Source: Dicyema japonicum
Lineage: Eukaryota; Animalia; Dicyemida
DNA: 64,000 nt
Reading direction: 5' to 3'
NCBI GenBank assembly: GCA_011109175.1
Contig: RDEW01000071.1
Location: forward strand, 9,632 to 73,631
Shown: in pieces, positions 39,400-52,669 of the stretch
Layout: each line of letters opens with the position of its first letter
How positions within the stretch are numbered: position 1 is the first letter of the stretch
Notes under the pieces: generated by a model
Told to the model about the DNA's origin: nothing
Databases searched by the model: none
What the model saw: only the letters and a program-made list of their open reading frames with translations
Program-made: the position numbers and the translations under genes

Positions 39400-39845
39400 A
39401 CCTCCTATGATTAGCATTAAAGATCAATGGGGAATTATCATGGTAAATTAAGGGTCACTTACAGCATGATTATCTTCAAATAGGAAATATCCATAACTGT
39501 GATAGTGACTACAATATAATCTAACCTCAGAATCAACTTTATGGGACAGTGAGCATTAACAAATACAATTATACTGCAAGTCAGACATTCTACTCCCACA
39601 GAACAATATTACAGAGTCACCTGATTACGATTTATGTAAATAACACAATCCTGTAGGATGAGCACAACGATGTTCTCTATTTTGTCGTTGCAAAGCGGAA
39701 ATATCTAATATTGAAGGGTATATTAAGGTCGAATGATCCCAATATAGCTTCCCCCAAAGTTTTAGTTATTTATTGTAGCATACGAAAGTTAATGACCAAT
39801 ACTTCTGTTCTTCCTAAGCCAGACTTGTTTATACTCCCAAATTAA
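39400..39845 (+). pseudogene. Candidate micro-intron gene remnant of unknown function
   Basis: GT-AG segments of 22 nt (39443-39464) and 21 nt (39636-39656); removing the latter opens ~98 codons from 39531; upstream frames do not join cleanly. Confidence 0.3.
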
Positions 39846-41197
39846 AACTATACGAATTTTTAGGACGATCATATTGGATTTGACACCCCTTAGTTCAGGT
39901 TAATAAAATGTCAATATTCGACAAACTTCAGACAGTAAAACGTTTAAATCCAATAAATTTAGATTCACAAAATGCTAAGTGCATAATATTAGAGAGACTC
40001 GTCTCCATCTGCGGAGAAAGAACTGGCTACACTTAATTCCAATGTTATCTTCTTTCTGCACATTTCAGACTCATTGAAGAAACATGAAAATAAGGATTTA
40101 AAACATTTCAAAGATCAATCAGACTCTACCAAACTAAGGAGGTTAAAAATACATATCTCAATCACTCTAAACTTCTGGAGGAGTAGGGAGAATAGGTAAG
40201 AATCCGGCGAAATCGGACACACGATTGGGCTTCAGAGCGGAAATAATAAATTTAATAAGCCTGTTATTAGCCTATATTACGAGTAATCACCGTATAGTCC
40301 TAAATATGAGCTAACCATAAACATTGGGGGTAACTTTGTATACAATTGCTACAAATGGACATTGTGCTACAAAAATGAATTTTGTTCGAGACGTAGACAC
40401 GGTCTCCATGTAAAAGGAGGAAGACACTCCTTAAGAGAGCTGCTTATTATTAAGGACTCTCATCCTGCCATGGTCATGAAAACATGTGAGAAACTAACAA
40501 CAAAGTCATTTTTCCCTACTTGGCCTGACATAGGCATGCTCCGTAGTCTATCCAGATACTCTCCTTCTCTGAAGGTCCCAATCGAGGATCATCGGGAGGG
40601 TGGTCCTCCTAGAAATCGACGAACGTCAAAGGCGAAGAAGTCAGCCACTGCTTGTCTGCTCAATGTGGGATCTTATAAACTGGACTGTAAATGCAAAAAA
40701 TATTAAAACGAAAATTCATCAAAATCACTGAGTAATGTTTCCATGGGAGAGTTATTTACAGTGGTCGTTTTGGAAGTTAAACTTTTTGTACATTCAGTTC
40801 TTCATCTATGATAGAAGGATACATGAAGGAATATATCCATAAGCCATCTTCCAATAAACTATGTCTCCAGTTCTACCGTATTTGACCGACATTATTATCA
40901 CCAACATAAATATAATCATTAACTTTCATCCCACACGTGACCTTCCACGTTTTTATCTGGTGGATAGGATTCAAATCTAGATTCTTAGAGCATGCTACAC
41001 TACCTTTGTTCATAATGTCTCCTGAGTCCATCATCCATTCTAAACATAGTTGAGATTTCATGCAATAGAGTTACACCACGATCTTAACCAATTAACATGT
41101 GGATAGTTAAACGACCAACAAAAACTAAAATACCCACGATTACAATTTATTAAATTATTATTAAATGCTTTAAAATTTACATTTTTTATTTTTATAT

Positions 41198-42860
41198 TTT
41201 TTTTTTTTTTTTTGAAAAAGAAATTTTATTATCAAATGAATAAAAATTAAATGACGGCATGACCTCCTTTCCTTTTGAGCGAGGGCGAAACCTTGTATGG
41301 GATGTGACCTGTGTCTGCTCTTTCGCCCCCAGCAAAAAAAATTATTCACCGGGCAGACCTTCTTCTCAAGCAGAGGAAGTAAAAAATGCTAAATACTCGG
41401 ATATCAGCGACAGGTACATTTTCGCACCTGTCGCGATTGAAACTTCGGGGAACTTTGGCCCTAAAACGCTGAAGTTCCTGAACCATTTGGGAAAACTACT
41501 AACTGACAAAACTGGTGATCTTCGTGAGACGAGATGGCTCAAGGAGAGGCTCTCGTTGGCTGTTGTCCGTGTGAATAGCTTGTGCATCTCCCAACAGCTG
41601 AATTAAAATTAACTATTCCTTTTTCTTTATAAAATAAAACTTTCCCTAATTAAAAAAAAAAAAAAAAATTAAATTAAGGCATCTGAATGGCCATGCTATT
41701 TCCCCTAACAATAGCCAACGAGATACGTTCTCGGAACCAACCAGTCTCTCGCGGATCCTTGGTCACAGCTTGAATCATGGAGCCGATCTTACGAACCAAC
41801 TCATCTGCTTGGGGGCCAAGGATTCCTGACGTTTCCACCGCGAATGGAACAAATATATACTCCTCCGAAATTCTCTGGTACTTCCTCCTCTTTTGTTCCT
41901 CGGCCTGCTTTGAAGCATGTCCTGGGTCTGAAGCAGAAGCAACCAAATTAGACGGGGAATAAGTATCAACACACGTCGCGTCCCAGATCAGGTTTCGTCC
42001 GTTGGCGAATGGAAAAGTCGTCATCCCATCAGGGCGTTTTCCATCGTTTCGAGAAAGACCAGCAGGTTCTAACAGGCAATGGTGTCCAGCAGAGGCAAGG
42101 GAATTCTTTAATGTCATGTTAAGGCAGGAGTGCCTGGGGAAACGACCCGCACTCATCTTGCATGACAAGGGATGATAACCAAAAGGATCGATCCAACGTC
42201 CACAGCGGCATTTTCTTTCGGCACACAATTTAAGACCAAGACGAAGCGAGGTAGCTATTCTCACAGCCTCATCATCCAACAGGTTTCCAATTTCGGCAGA
42301 TGGAAAAGCGTTCATCCAGGCCCCCGTCGAGTGACAACTGGCTGTTTTGAGGCAAGCAAGCCTTCTTATATCTTCCGTCTTTTCAAGGGATTCTTTCTTC
42401 TTTTCGAAGACACAAAACAAATAGGACTTTTGCTTATCACAATTGACCGGAGCATTTAGGTACAAATTCATCCATTCATCCCAGGCTCCCGACGGCGTCA
42501 GCGGTACGTTTAGTCCGGAAGTAGAGTGAAGGACCGTATCCACTAAACGCCTTGACGAGCCGAACGAAGATAAATAGGCGCCCAAAGCAACGTCCGAAGG
42601 AAGAGAAAGACCCAAACCACCGCAGGCTACAGGGAGAGAGGCCTGTAACCATCCGAAATCATCAAAACAAACATTAAGAATGGACCCCATCGTTGACCGG
42701 ATATCCATATCAATTAACGATAGAAGGTCTTTTTCGGCGTAGCATGGGGATCCCCGTAGAGTAAAAAGGAGTTTTGGGAGAAGGAGACAATTCTTCAGCA
42801 TAAAAAAGGCGACATGACAATCCAAAAAACTCATCCTGTTATATTGAATCCCACAATATT
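41198..42860 (-). mobile_element. CRE-clade retrotransposon, 5'-truncated, uninterrupted 386-aa RT-thumb/RLE ORF (41674-42834); its 3' UTR and poly(A) lie at ~41198-41252 beyond a nested insertion
   Basis: QASLPVACGGLG, CRCG..HPLSC, RH, LEP, RPDG, WD, AEEQKRRKY and RISLAIVRGN are all intact; poly(T) on the plus strand at ~41198-41213. Confidence 0.93.
41253..41668 (+). mobile_element. 5'-truncated CRE-clade copy with poly(A) and an 11-bp TSD, nested antisense in the previous element
   Basis: DGMTSFPFERGRNLVWDVTC..AEEVKNAKY..RLSLAVVRVN; poly(A) at 41652-41668; AAAAATTAAAT at 41242-41252 and 41664-41674. Confidence 0.9.
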
Positions 42861-42878
42861 TTTATTTTTGACAGAAGA

Positions 42879-43260
42879 GACGGAAAACGTCCTGGCGGGA
42901 TCACATTTTTCCAATTCGAAGAAGGGAAACTTTTTGTCTAGAATGCTACTTGTGTCGAACCTCTTTGCCAATCCAACATTGTCGGAGCGCGTTAGACAAA
43001 CTGTTGCCGCAAAAAAAACAATGAAAGCAAAAGAAAAAAAATATGAAGCGTTCACTTTCTATCCCATTTTGGTAAAGACAACTGGAGGAATAAGTGAAAA
43101 ATCGCTTCGTTTCCTAATGAAACATGAACGCTCAGCTACACTAAAAAGCCATGACGCACGTGAGACCCGATGGCTTCTCTAGTTGATCTCTGTTGCAATC
43201 GTGAGAGACAACGCAACGTCGATAATGTCGGCGGTCCACTTTTGATGAATGGCTGTGTTA
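42879..43260 (+). mobile_element. CRE-clade RLE 3' fragment (subfamily shared with 52670-52950)
   Basis: DGKRPGG..ATCV..AAKKTMK..KY..RETRWLL*LISVAIVRDN. Confidence 0.8.
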
Positions 43261-43924
43261 ATTTAATTACATTTTTGAATTGAAATATTTTATCAAAAAA
43301 TCAAAATTTTTAAACCCTTATTTTTGTGGAGTCTTCATCCAATATTCTTATAAATGAGATGTATAGGAGAACTCTGAGCCAACCACCGCTTTGTTCGCCT
43401 ATGCAGAAGCAAGGTATGCATGGCAGTGATGTTCAAATTCTTAGAAAAAAACGGCGTAGACACATAAATGCGGTGAGGACTTTGATGAACAAAATAGATT
43501 CCTCGCTTCTTTGTTGGAGTCACTGATCTTTATGTTTTCATTTTTATTGAACTTCTTTGTGTTGTCTCCTAAATAGAAGACTTTCTACAAAGAGCAAGGA
43601 TACCAATTATCGTGAAATGTCGAGGCTACTTAGAATTTTAATCCCTTGACCATTAATTTGGAAAACTACAATCAGTTTGTTTTCTGTGTGTCGGAATGAG
43701 GACATATTCCGGTAAGATGAGAATAAGGCTAGAATAGGGATTGTCGCCTTGTTGATTTAAGAGAATAGTTCTTTTTAAAGTTCTCTTTAGAAATAGCCAT
43801 AAATTTCTTTCACTTGAAAAGACTGGGGTAAATAAATAATGCATTCAGAATACAAATTGATAAACTAGTCAAGGTTGTTCTTAAGTAATGTTAAAAATCC
43901 ACGTAAAACCCAAATGAAGTCTAG

Positions 43925-44090
43925 CTTGCTTGGCCCCGATGCAGCAAATTTATCAAGGTGGTCGGGTGGCTTGCAGGATTAAGGAAGAGAGAGCCTAGAA
44001 TGACACGATGGCTTTTCCAGAACATTGAATTCGCAATCATGAAGGGTAACTTCCATTGCGCGCTCAGTGCCTGCAAGCCATAATTGAGAC
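43925..44090 (+). mobile_element. CRE-clade extreme 3' fragment
   Basis: LGPDAANL..REPRMTRWLFQNIEFAIMKGN. Confidence 0.6.
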
Positions 44091-45449
44091 TTTGTCTCAA
44101 AATTGACTTTTAATTAATTTCCCAATTTTTATTAAAGAAAAGAGAGTAAACGGTTAATTTATTAATGATTTTAAATAAATTAATTTTTAGTTAGTCAAAA
44201 AAAGATAGTCAAGTGGTGAAGTTGAGGTGGTGACGTATTTCTATTACACGAAATGTCTGCTTAGCTTTATGGTGGAAGGAAGCCCTTGTCTTCTTGGAAA
44301 ATGGACGAAGTAATGGGCTCAGTAAACCCGGAGTTATGAAGAAAGAAAGTGCTGGAAGCAGATTCAATTTTGAATAATCCATAACTGACAGAGCTTGAAA
44401 TCATCCTTCAGAACCTTATGGTTAATATAATTCTACATAATAACTTGATATTTCATTAAGGAAAACGAAAACTGCTTGGAAATCATGAGAAAAGTCTGGG
44501 GACGAGGAATACGATATTCTTATGGGAGCTGTTCCCGATGGGGACATTCAGAAATTTTGAGGACCCGCAAGGATCATAGAGAACATCCTGGAAGAATTAA
44601 TTTCAATAATTGATGGAAGATCATAAACATTGAGAAGATAGAGGATGCTCTCAATATGGCGATAAGGGCAGGTTTAACCCTCTAAAAATAGCAAGGATTA
44701 CATGACTTGCTGACCTTTTTGGCTGAACACGGCCAACGTTCGACGACGTTGGATCGTCTTTCGAAGGATCGACTTCTAACGAAGGTTAATTCTTGTTAAA
44801 CGGAACCTTCCCAGGAGGTGAAGAGTCCTTTCTGACAGGACACTGTTGTAAGGGATCCATTTACTTTCTCCCAACTCCACAAAGAAGATCACCAATATGA
44901 AAACTTTTAACGCCTAAGAATGAAGTAAGACGCATGATGAAAATGGAAGTGGCCTACCTCTCCATCTCCCTTCGGAAGTGGAAGCCAGTAATAGACAATT
45001 GGATTATGGATTTTGTCTGCATAACACCGCTTGCGATACAAGTTCTTAAATTTTAGAATTGGAAAAATGGAGGAAAAGTTGGTTTACTTTCTATTTTATT
45101 TCCAAAGTGGACACCTGATCTCCAGTTTTTGACTGCAGCTTTCCAAAATAATGTTTCTTCCATCATACACGTACAGATCGGAGATCGGACGAGTCATGGA
45201 AAAGGCAAAAAGAAGGTGCGTTCGCTTCTAGGAGACTCTGAAGATGTTACTCGTATGAAGATCCTTGCTTTGAGTCCACTGAAAAAATATCGTCAATATG
45301 GGGCCACAAGAAGAGCATATGATTAAATACCCGGCTTAGAATAAACAAAGCTTTTGTCATCCCGGTGCTAACCTACAACCCTGGGACTTGAGGAATCTCT
45401 AAACGGGAAATGACTCTTTCCACAGAGCTCAGCTCAAATAGGTAATCAA

Positions 45450-45730
45450 GATCAATTGGCCTATGTAGATATCTAATGCCTTTATACTAAATGCAAATCT
45501 GGCTGTCAAATCAAGATGGAGCCTCTTTGGCCACGTGTTACGTCTAAATTACGAAGTCTCCGCAAACGTCCCAATGGACAATTAATTATTTTTCGCACAC
45601 ACAAGACCCAGATTCAGTGGAAGACCAAAAACGACACTTCCGAGTAACTTGAATGAAGACACATCGGGGTTGGTATGAGACTACCTAAAAGATGATTCTG
45701 AATACGGCACAAGGGACACTCAAATAACTG
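45450..45730 (+). mobile_element. RTE-like LINE 3' fragment
   Basis: SRWSLFGHVLRL, GRPKTTLP and terminal GAATACGGCACAAGGG. Confidence 0.65.
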
Positions 45731-45949
45731 TGTTTTTTCGGGAGTGTATAGTAGCAAGTATAGTTATTATATTAAGAAATTCACGTGGTCCATAGTAATT
45801 TGAGTCACATGTCCAAGGTCAGTATTTTTTTCATGCTCTTCAATGGTTAGCCAGTGTTCTCACGGAGTCAAGGCCGTACAATGTAGTGCATAATCATTTA
45901 TAATAGTTACTAATTTCTAGAGAGCTAATAATTATTGAGACGCTTTACA

Positions 45950-46560
45950 TAACACTGATAAGTCACTCCCTCGCCATTTATGTGTTCTCCGGTCGGAGAC
46001 ATCTTGAATGAACAGCAAATCAGGCCCATAATGATTTGAATCACTTGGTAGACATTAATCGATATTTACAGTTGTTCTCGTCGAGACTCTTCGTCTCCTG
46101 TAGACAGACAATGTAATTATATCTCCATCATCACAAAGTGTCTCTTTCGACCAGGTCTTTGATTTACCTCTAGCTTTTATGTAAGGAGCTCCATGCAGGA
46201 AACATCCTCTTCTATCATCTGCCTCTAGGCATTATTCTCAATTTTTTCCAATCATGAAAAGACATGTCACGTTATTAATATCTCTTCTCTCTATGGAGAT
46301 TAATTCAAGATTGCACGACAAACTGTAGAAAGCTAGGATAGGACATTGGAAGCACTTAATGATACGAAATCTCATATACTCTTTTTTATGAACCACGGAA
46401 CGCGCCGTCGTGCGAAGGTCCAGTCACTCGACCGATACGTGCTTGTGTGTGGACGAGGGAGGAGCATTGGGCCAAGATGAGTCCCTGCTAGAGCGTGCTG
46501 GGATCACGTGATTTTTTAGTTTTTGTAATCGTGGTCTCTGATGTTATTATTATTAAGGAT
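45950..46560 (+). mobile_element. Decayed LINE ending in the family-B 3' end
   Basis: 46400-46560 matches 51975-52155 (reverse): ..LLERAGIT*, then GGTCTCTGATG(TTA)n. Confidence 0.6.
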
Positions 46561-47420
46561 TCTACGACACATTTATTATGCTTCTCCAGATATTTGAAGA
46601 GATCGTCTGTTGCTAGATTTTCAGTATCTCTTAGACTGTAGCTGCACATGATGTAGTTAAGGTCCATCTGATCTCTTTTCTTCTACAAGTGACACCATTA
46701 GATGAGTTAGCAATTACTTAGTAATTGAATCAATTGACCAAATAAATTCGGATTATAGGGTTACCGATCAAAATGAGACACATATTTTCTGAAGATTATG
46801 CAGATCAATATTAGATATGTCATACTGATTTCCTAATGTGATCCTAGCGAGCATTCTCGTCTCAAATGGACTTTAATGTCCATGTGTTTTGCATTTAAAT
46901 TCGAGTTCTTGTTCCAGGAAACTTTCCATTTATGCTTGTATCGGATATTATGCTTGTAACACAACAGAACGTTTCTACTTCTTTTTGTGGCTTCTGGTCT
47001 AGTAAACTTAATTCGAATGTCCTTGAAGATGTAACTGAATATCTGCTAAAAGTATAATTCCTATCCAATTTTGAGATCACATTGAAAATTAGCTTCATCA
47101 AAAATTGCTGTGATCATCTAATATTGATCGGTATTGTAAGTTGTCAGATCATTGCTATCATCTTCTGAGCGATAATGTGGAATCTTCTACTATCAAACGA
47201 TGATATAATAATTTCGGTATTGAACCACAAACCATACGATACTTGTTCAAGTATATCCATAGCTCTAAGAGTTGGTGACTTTGAACCTGACCGAACTTGA
47301 ATTCAAAGTACTCTTATTTTTTATTATTGTCAATGCGCATACGAAGTACAAAGATGAGAGATTAGATCCTAGTAAAGCATCATATTGAATAGAGTCACTT
47401 AATTTAATTTTTAATTTAAT

Positions 47421-47700
47421 AACCCCGGATACACCGATGAAAGAAGTTAAAGTAAACAACTAATTAAGTGTATCCAGTTTCCACTTCTACAGAATCACAG
47501 TCCATCCAGAATCAACATAAAAGGTAGGACGTCCATTACATGCAGTTGTGGAAACCCCTCCAGTGGAGTGGGGGAGAGCAAATGATCCTTTTTCGAGCCG
47601 ACCTGGCACTGGGTGTCACCTAGACAAGTGGATCACATGACGCCACTATAATAGGAAAAGAGAAGGAACAGACGAACAAACAGAAACTTCAATCAATTAG
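47421..47700 (-). repeat. SINE-like structured repeat family A, copy 3
   Basis: Near-complete alignment to 57241-57530. Confidence 0.85.
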
Positions 47701-48029
47701 TCACTTAGCACGATAGTTAACCAACATTGAGTTAATCCATAAAGAAAAGGGTTCTTCTTTAGATTAGGGTAGACACATACCTACATCAAAATCAATAAGC
47801 AGTCGACCCTCGCAAATTGGCCATTTTTGGATCCTTAGAATATTGTGGCCAATTTGAGAAATGGCCAATTTAAAAAATCAATAATTTTGAAAAACAAAAA
47901 AACTTATTTAAGTTTTGTTGAAATAAAATTTAATTTCTAACTATTTTTTCTTTGTTTTTATAATACTTGCTTTCTAATTTCTTATTGAAGAAATTGTCTT
48001 GGGTTAAATAAATAAAAATAAATAAAAAA

Positions 48030-48350
48030 TACCATGTGGTTGGTATCCGAAAATTCCCACCAATATTGCGTCAAATTCATTGTGTTTATGTTTCTCCACC
48101 ACACAAACATTCGTTCCCATTTCTCTTTTTTCAGCTATTTAGCACTACCCCACATTCTGTAATAATTTTGATGAGAATGTAACTTTTCTATGTGATGCAT
48201 GTGCACCAGTACTCGGTTCAATAAAGTTACAACGATGATTGATCGTCATATGTACTAAACCTATATCTTGATGACTGTTTGTCGAATACCCACTCCAACA
48301 GTCTGATATAAGTACTGACCAGTTAACCCACAAAGATTTTAATAATGAAG
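48030..48350 (-). mobile_element. Merlin / IS1595 (ISXO2)-like transposase remnant
   Basis: SVLISDCWSGY..HMTINHRCNFIEPSTGAH matches the family motif ISD.W..Y..H.TVNH..NFV.P.TG.HT. Confidence 0.75.
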
Positions 48351-48814
48351 AAAAGTATTAAGAGTCCTAACCTTAAACTAAAATATCCTACATTATGGCC
48401 TTGAAAATATGTTGATTTCTATCCCTGAATCTTAATGTCATGATGGTCAAAGCATTCATGATTCTGATGTATCATCCTGTGCTGACGACTCATGGTTAGT
48501 TGGTCAAAATGTCGAGGTGGTGTATCTCTAACGAAATGTCTTCTTCGCTTCACGGTGGATGAAATCCCTAATCTTCCTCTTCGTTCGAATCCAATAAGAC
48601 TTAAAATAGAAGGAAGTCTGAGGATCTGTCAAATAATGGTAAAAATTCAGGTAATCCCATTTTTCTCAGCAGTCTTCGCATGCTCGGAGTTGAAGGAAGT
48701 CCAGGAGGAACTCTTCTGTATGGTTTAGTATTATTTCGACGACTTTACTATATTTTTAATTTTTAATAAAATATTAACAATAAAATTAAATATAATCTAA
48801 GGATATTAAATGGT

Positions 48815-48965
48815 CAGGCTGTTTCCTCTAACATAACTATCGAGATACGCTCGCTAAGCTATCCAGTCTCACGTAAATCCTTGGTGACCCTTTAGATCAT
48901 TGAGCCGATCCGACGGACTAGATCGTCCGCTTGTGGTCCAAGGATTACTGATGCCTCAACAGTAA
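48815..48965 (-). mobile_element. CRE-clade extreme 3' fragment
   Basis: VEASVILGPQADDLVRRIGSMI..TKDLRETG..SERISIVMLRGN; close to the end of the 41674 ORF. Confidence 0.75.
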
Positions 48966-50699
48966 GAGACACAAACAGATGATTCTCCGAATGTTTAATA
49001 ATAATTTGATGATAAATTATGAGGTTGTGACATTCAAAAGGAATATGACATTCAAAAGGACAGTGACATTTCACAGACGATGATCATTTTGATGAATTGT
49101 CGAAACCATCGTTACTTCCGACTGAAGTTGTAATAGCATCTCAGACATCGATAGTTGGGTTTTACCTGAAATTGAAGGTTAGTGTTTTCTTCTCCACAAA
49201 TGACCTCTTGCTCACTTCTCCTGTGAATGGACAACTGATGGACTAAGATGGCATTGGATACACGAAGTTTCGAAACGTGCAAGCATCTGATACACAACGC
49301 TTTGGTTTTGAATCTCAACTGGCACAACTTGGAGATGTCTAGCTTGAAACGGAATGTGGGAGTTATTTGTCAGAATATTAATTCTCGAATATTCTGAATA
49401 ATCACAATGGGACTCGCACTCCAAGGATGTGGACAAAATCTATTTCCGGAAGTAAGATATGTTCGAGATCTCCATGCTTGATCTTAACCACCAATGAACA
49501 TATAGGCGGTGATGAAGATATACAGGCTGTGAACGAAGCTAACTGATTTGATTGTTCATTTCTCAAATTTCTTCTAAAATCAATGGAAAAGTTTATTTTG
49601 ATTATTCGACCATTTAACATGCTTGTCTTCACCAAATCGCATTAGCCAATCGACTACACGTCTACATGACCACGTGCTCGGTGTATAACGATTTATAATC
49701 TATTGTGTTGTACATTTTGATAGAAGACTAAGAGTCAGACTCAAAACATTATAAAAGCTCAATCTAATGGTAGATTTGGGGTGATTGGTTTTCAAGTCAT
49801 TACAGTGTTATGCGGGAGATATGATATTCTTTGGTTAAATATACGTCAATGTTTATCCCCACTATATAAGACCTGAATTTAAAGGTCACATAAATTACTT
49901 AATTATCCGTAAACTGGATCCAAAGACGGCGGGGTTACTATGCTGATTTCCAAAAGGCATTGAAGCTAAGAGAGAAAGAAGATATAATTAACTTGTTAAA
50001 GTCCCGAAAGAAGACTTGATATGATGCTTCAAAAGTCAGAAAAAGTGGAAGGTTGTTTCCAAAAATTACCCGAAGAAACTTATTCTAAACTGCCTTCACA
50101 TAAAGACTAGAATTATCAGGGGATATTAAGCTGGAATTGGTTCCCAGTCAGACGAGGTCTCTAATATTAATCTGTTCAGTAAATGGTAGACAGTTTGATG
50201 ACACTCATAAAAGGAGTACTACAAAGAGTAAAGTTTAGTCTGGATGGGGCTGATGACTTCTATGGAGTCATTATTAATACAAAATACCTTCTAGATGTGG
50301 TAAAAAAATTTTGAAGAATTATTGGATCACACAATTCATGTAGCCACGTGTCTAATTAGAGGGTGTGGTGACTTACCTATATTGCGCAGAATGTCTACTT
50401 AGCTTTATGATGGATGATAGCTCTTGTCTTCCATCACGTGTGCATGGACGAGGCGACAAACTCAGGAGACACAGAAAACCCATGTTCTGGACAAAAATTG
50501 TAGTGTACGTAGGAACTTGGTTTAACTCTTTTGGATATCGATAAATTGAGAGAACTTTGAAAATCATCTGTCGAGAGTTACACATGTACTATGACAGTTG
50601 CTGATAATCATTCACGTGTGTTTTAGTGAATGTTTCAGGCGTAGCATAGAATAGCCCCACCAACCTCACTTAATTAATTTATTAATTCATTCACCACTT

Positions 50700-50945
50700 A
50701 AATCTCATTATTTTATTTTAAAACCAAGAGGGTCAATAGTCCCCCTCCTCGGCCCGATTGTCGATCGCACCTTAGAGCCTGCTGCAACGAATTTGGACAA
50801 GATCTGCAACATTCAAGTGAAGCCATCAAACCAACTAAGAAAATCTTCCCATGTGGAAATCCTTGCCAGAAACCTGAAAATATGATAGAGGCGACTGGAA
50901 CAGTGCCCCTGCGAAGGACTCGAGAATGCGGACCGTCCATATCGG
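50700..50945 (-). mobile_element. LINE APE fragment
   Basis: RCDRQSGRGGGLLTL motif. Confidence 0.5.
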
Positions 50946-51974
50946 AAATGCGCAGGAACGCAGTCAGAACACCGAGAAAAGATGCGAAGACTTGTGGGAG
51001 GCCGGGATAATCTGAATTTTGTTTATTTTGGATATGACGGTGGTTTTCTGGTTCAATAATAATAATAAGTAGTTTTTATTAAAATCATTACCAAAAATTG
51101 CTGGTTTACTTTTATTTTATATAAAAAGCAAAAGGAGTTCCCCCTGGACTCCTTTTAGTCCGAGCATACGAAGATTTTTTCATTATGGCTATGACTGTTT
51201 TCTTTCTCAATACATTTAATTTATTTAAGAAATTGTTGAAGCATCTGGAACAGAGTTTGTGAAAAAACCTTTCATACGGGACCCTCGCCTTATAAGAAAA
51301 TGTACCGGAACGCAGTCTGAACATCTGGGAAAAGTACAGATTGTTGAGGGAGGCTGGGATCACCTATAATTATTGTTTTTTCTTTTGTAACGGTGATTAC
51401 TGGTTTATAAATTAATAAGTTAAAAGCAAGGTCAAAGAAATTTAGAACGATTCCTCTGTAATCCCCCGAAAGAAAATTCTTGTCTTATGTTCCTCATGTT
51501 GGGAAATAGACTATTTCTGAACTATTCCCTCTTCTCATCTGATGAGTTATTAGTTAGTCGTATAGTTCGCACAAATTCAATATCAGAGAAGGAATTATTG
51601 TAATAAAATACTAAATTTTCACGAGACCTACGTGACAAGTTTAATAAATAAAACACAGTTCAGGAAACTGATGTAATTCAAGCCTTCAAAGCCAATATAT
51701 TCCAAATTCAGTGAAATACAAGATGGTGCGATTCATGAGGAATACTCCTTCCAGGGGACTGTTTGTATAAGTTCAGGTATTTCAGTCTCCTCAGTTCCCG
51801 CGATCCTTAACTAGTGATCTCAATGAATTCTTATCTTCCTCAGTTTTCAACTCCTTTTCAGTGTTTTAGACCGTTCTTTAGAATAGAATCTTGGGGGTAA
51901 TAATAATAATTAGAATAGAATCTGCCTCCAAGGAGTAGTAATGTAAACCTCAGCTTGGACATAACTCACACTTT

Positions 51975-52155
51975 ATAATAATAATAATAACATCAGAGAC
52001 CACAGTTACACAAACTAACTAATCACGTGATCCCAGCACGCTCTAGCAGGGACCTCATCTTGGCACGATGCTCCTCCCTCGTCCCCACACAAGCACGTTT
52101 TGGTCGAGTGACTGGACGTTTACAGTCACGACGGCGCGTTCTGTCGTTTATGCTT
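51975..52155 (-). mobile_element. LINE 3' end (family B) with (TTA)n tail
   Basis: Reverse complement of 46400-46560. Confidence 0.7.
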
Positions 52156-52669
52156 ATCAAGGCTTCAAGAGGCATTGGTGGCTAGAGTTCTCCAGAGATT
52201 CAGCGTTCCGTGATTTTGGAGGCTCTTCTCCGGCTATTTATGAATAACAGTCATACTAATTAATCAGGCAATGTTCTTGACTTGTTCTTTTTCTTGTGTG
52301 AGGCCATTTTTTAGTACAGTTAATTAGCATGAATAGTGACGTATTTAACGGTGAATGGAAGCCAATGTTTGCCTTTTTTCGTGAGCATTGAGTGATGGAG
52401 TCAAGAGACGCTAGAAACCTTAAGTTCTAAGTAAATGTTGGATACACGAAAATCTGGGTTCCTATCCCGTTGAGCCCGATATTGAAAGAACTTGAAGTAT
52501 CATGTCACTAGCAGCAAGCGTAGGGTGATTGTTGTGACAAAACGTATTACAGCAGCGCTTCCCGATTCGTTTTGAGTTCGCACCCTCAAAATTAAAAAAA
52601 ACTAACCTCGCACCCCCGAATTTAAATCTAACAAAATTCGAATTTTATTCAAATCTCAATTGGGATACT

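Noticed and set aside
40362-40706. 114-aa ORF as a host gene or Gypsy integrase
   Set aside because: Only a vague HP..MK..WP resemblance; no DDE core or LTRs found.
47800-47880. pogo/Tigger-like TIR (CAGTCGACCCTCG) with TGGCCAATTT subrepeats
   Set aside because: No partner TIR or transposase located in the window.
48490-48730. SAM-domain gene (minus strand LLRKMGLPEFLPLF)
   Set aside because: The motif is short, several stops follow, and no consistent splice model emerges.
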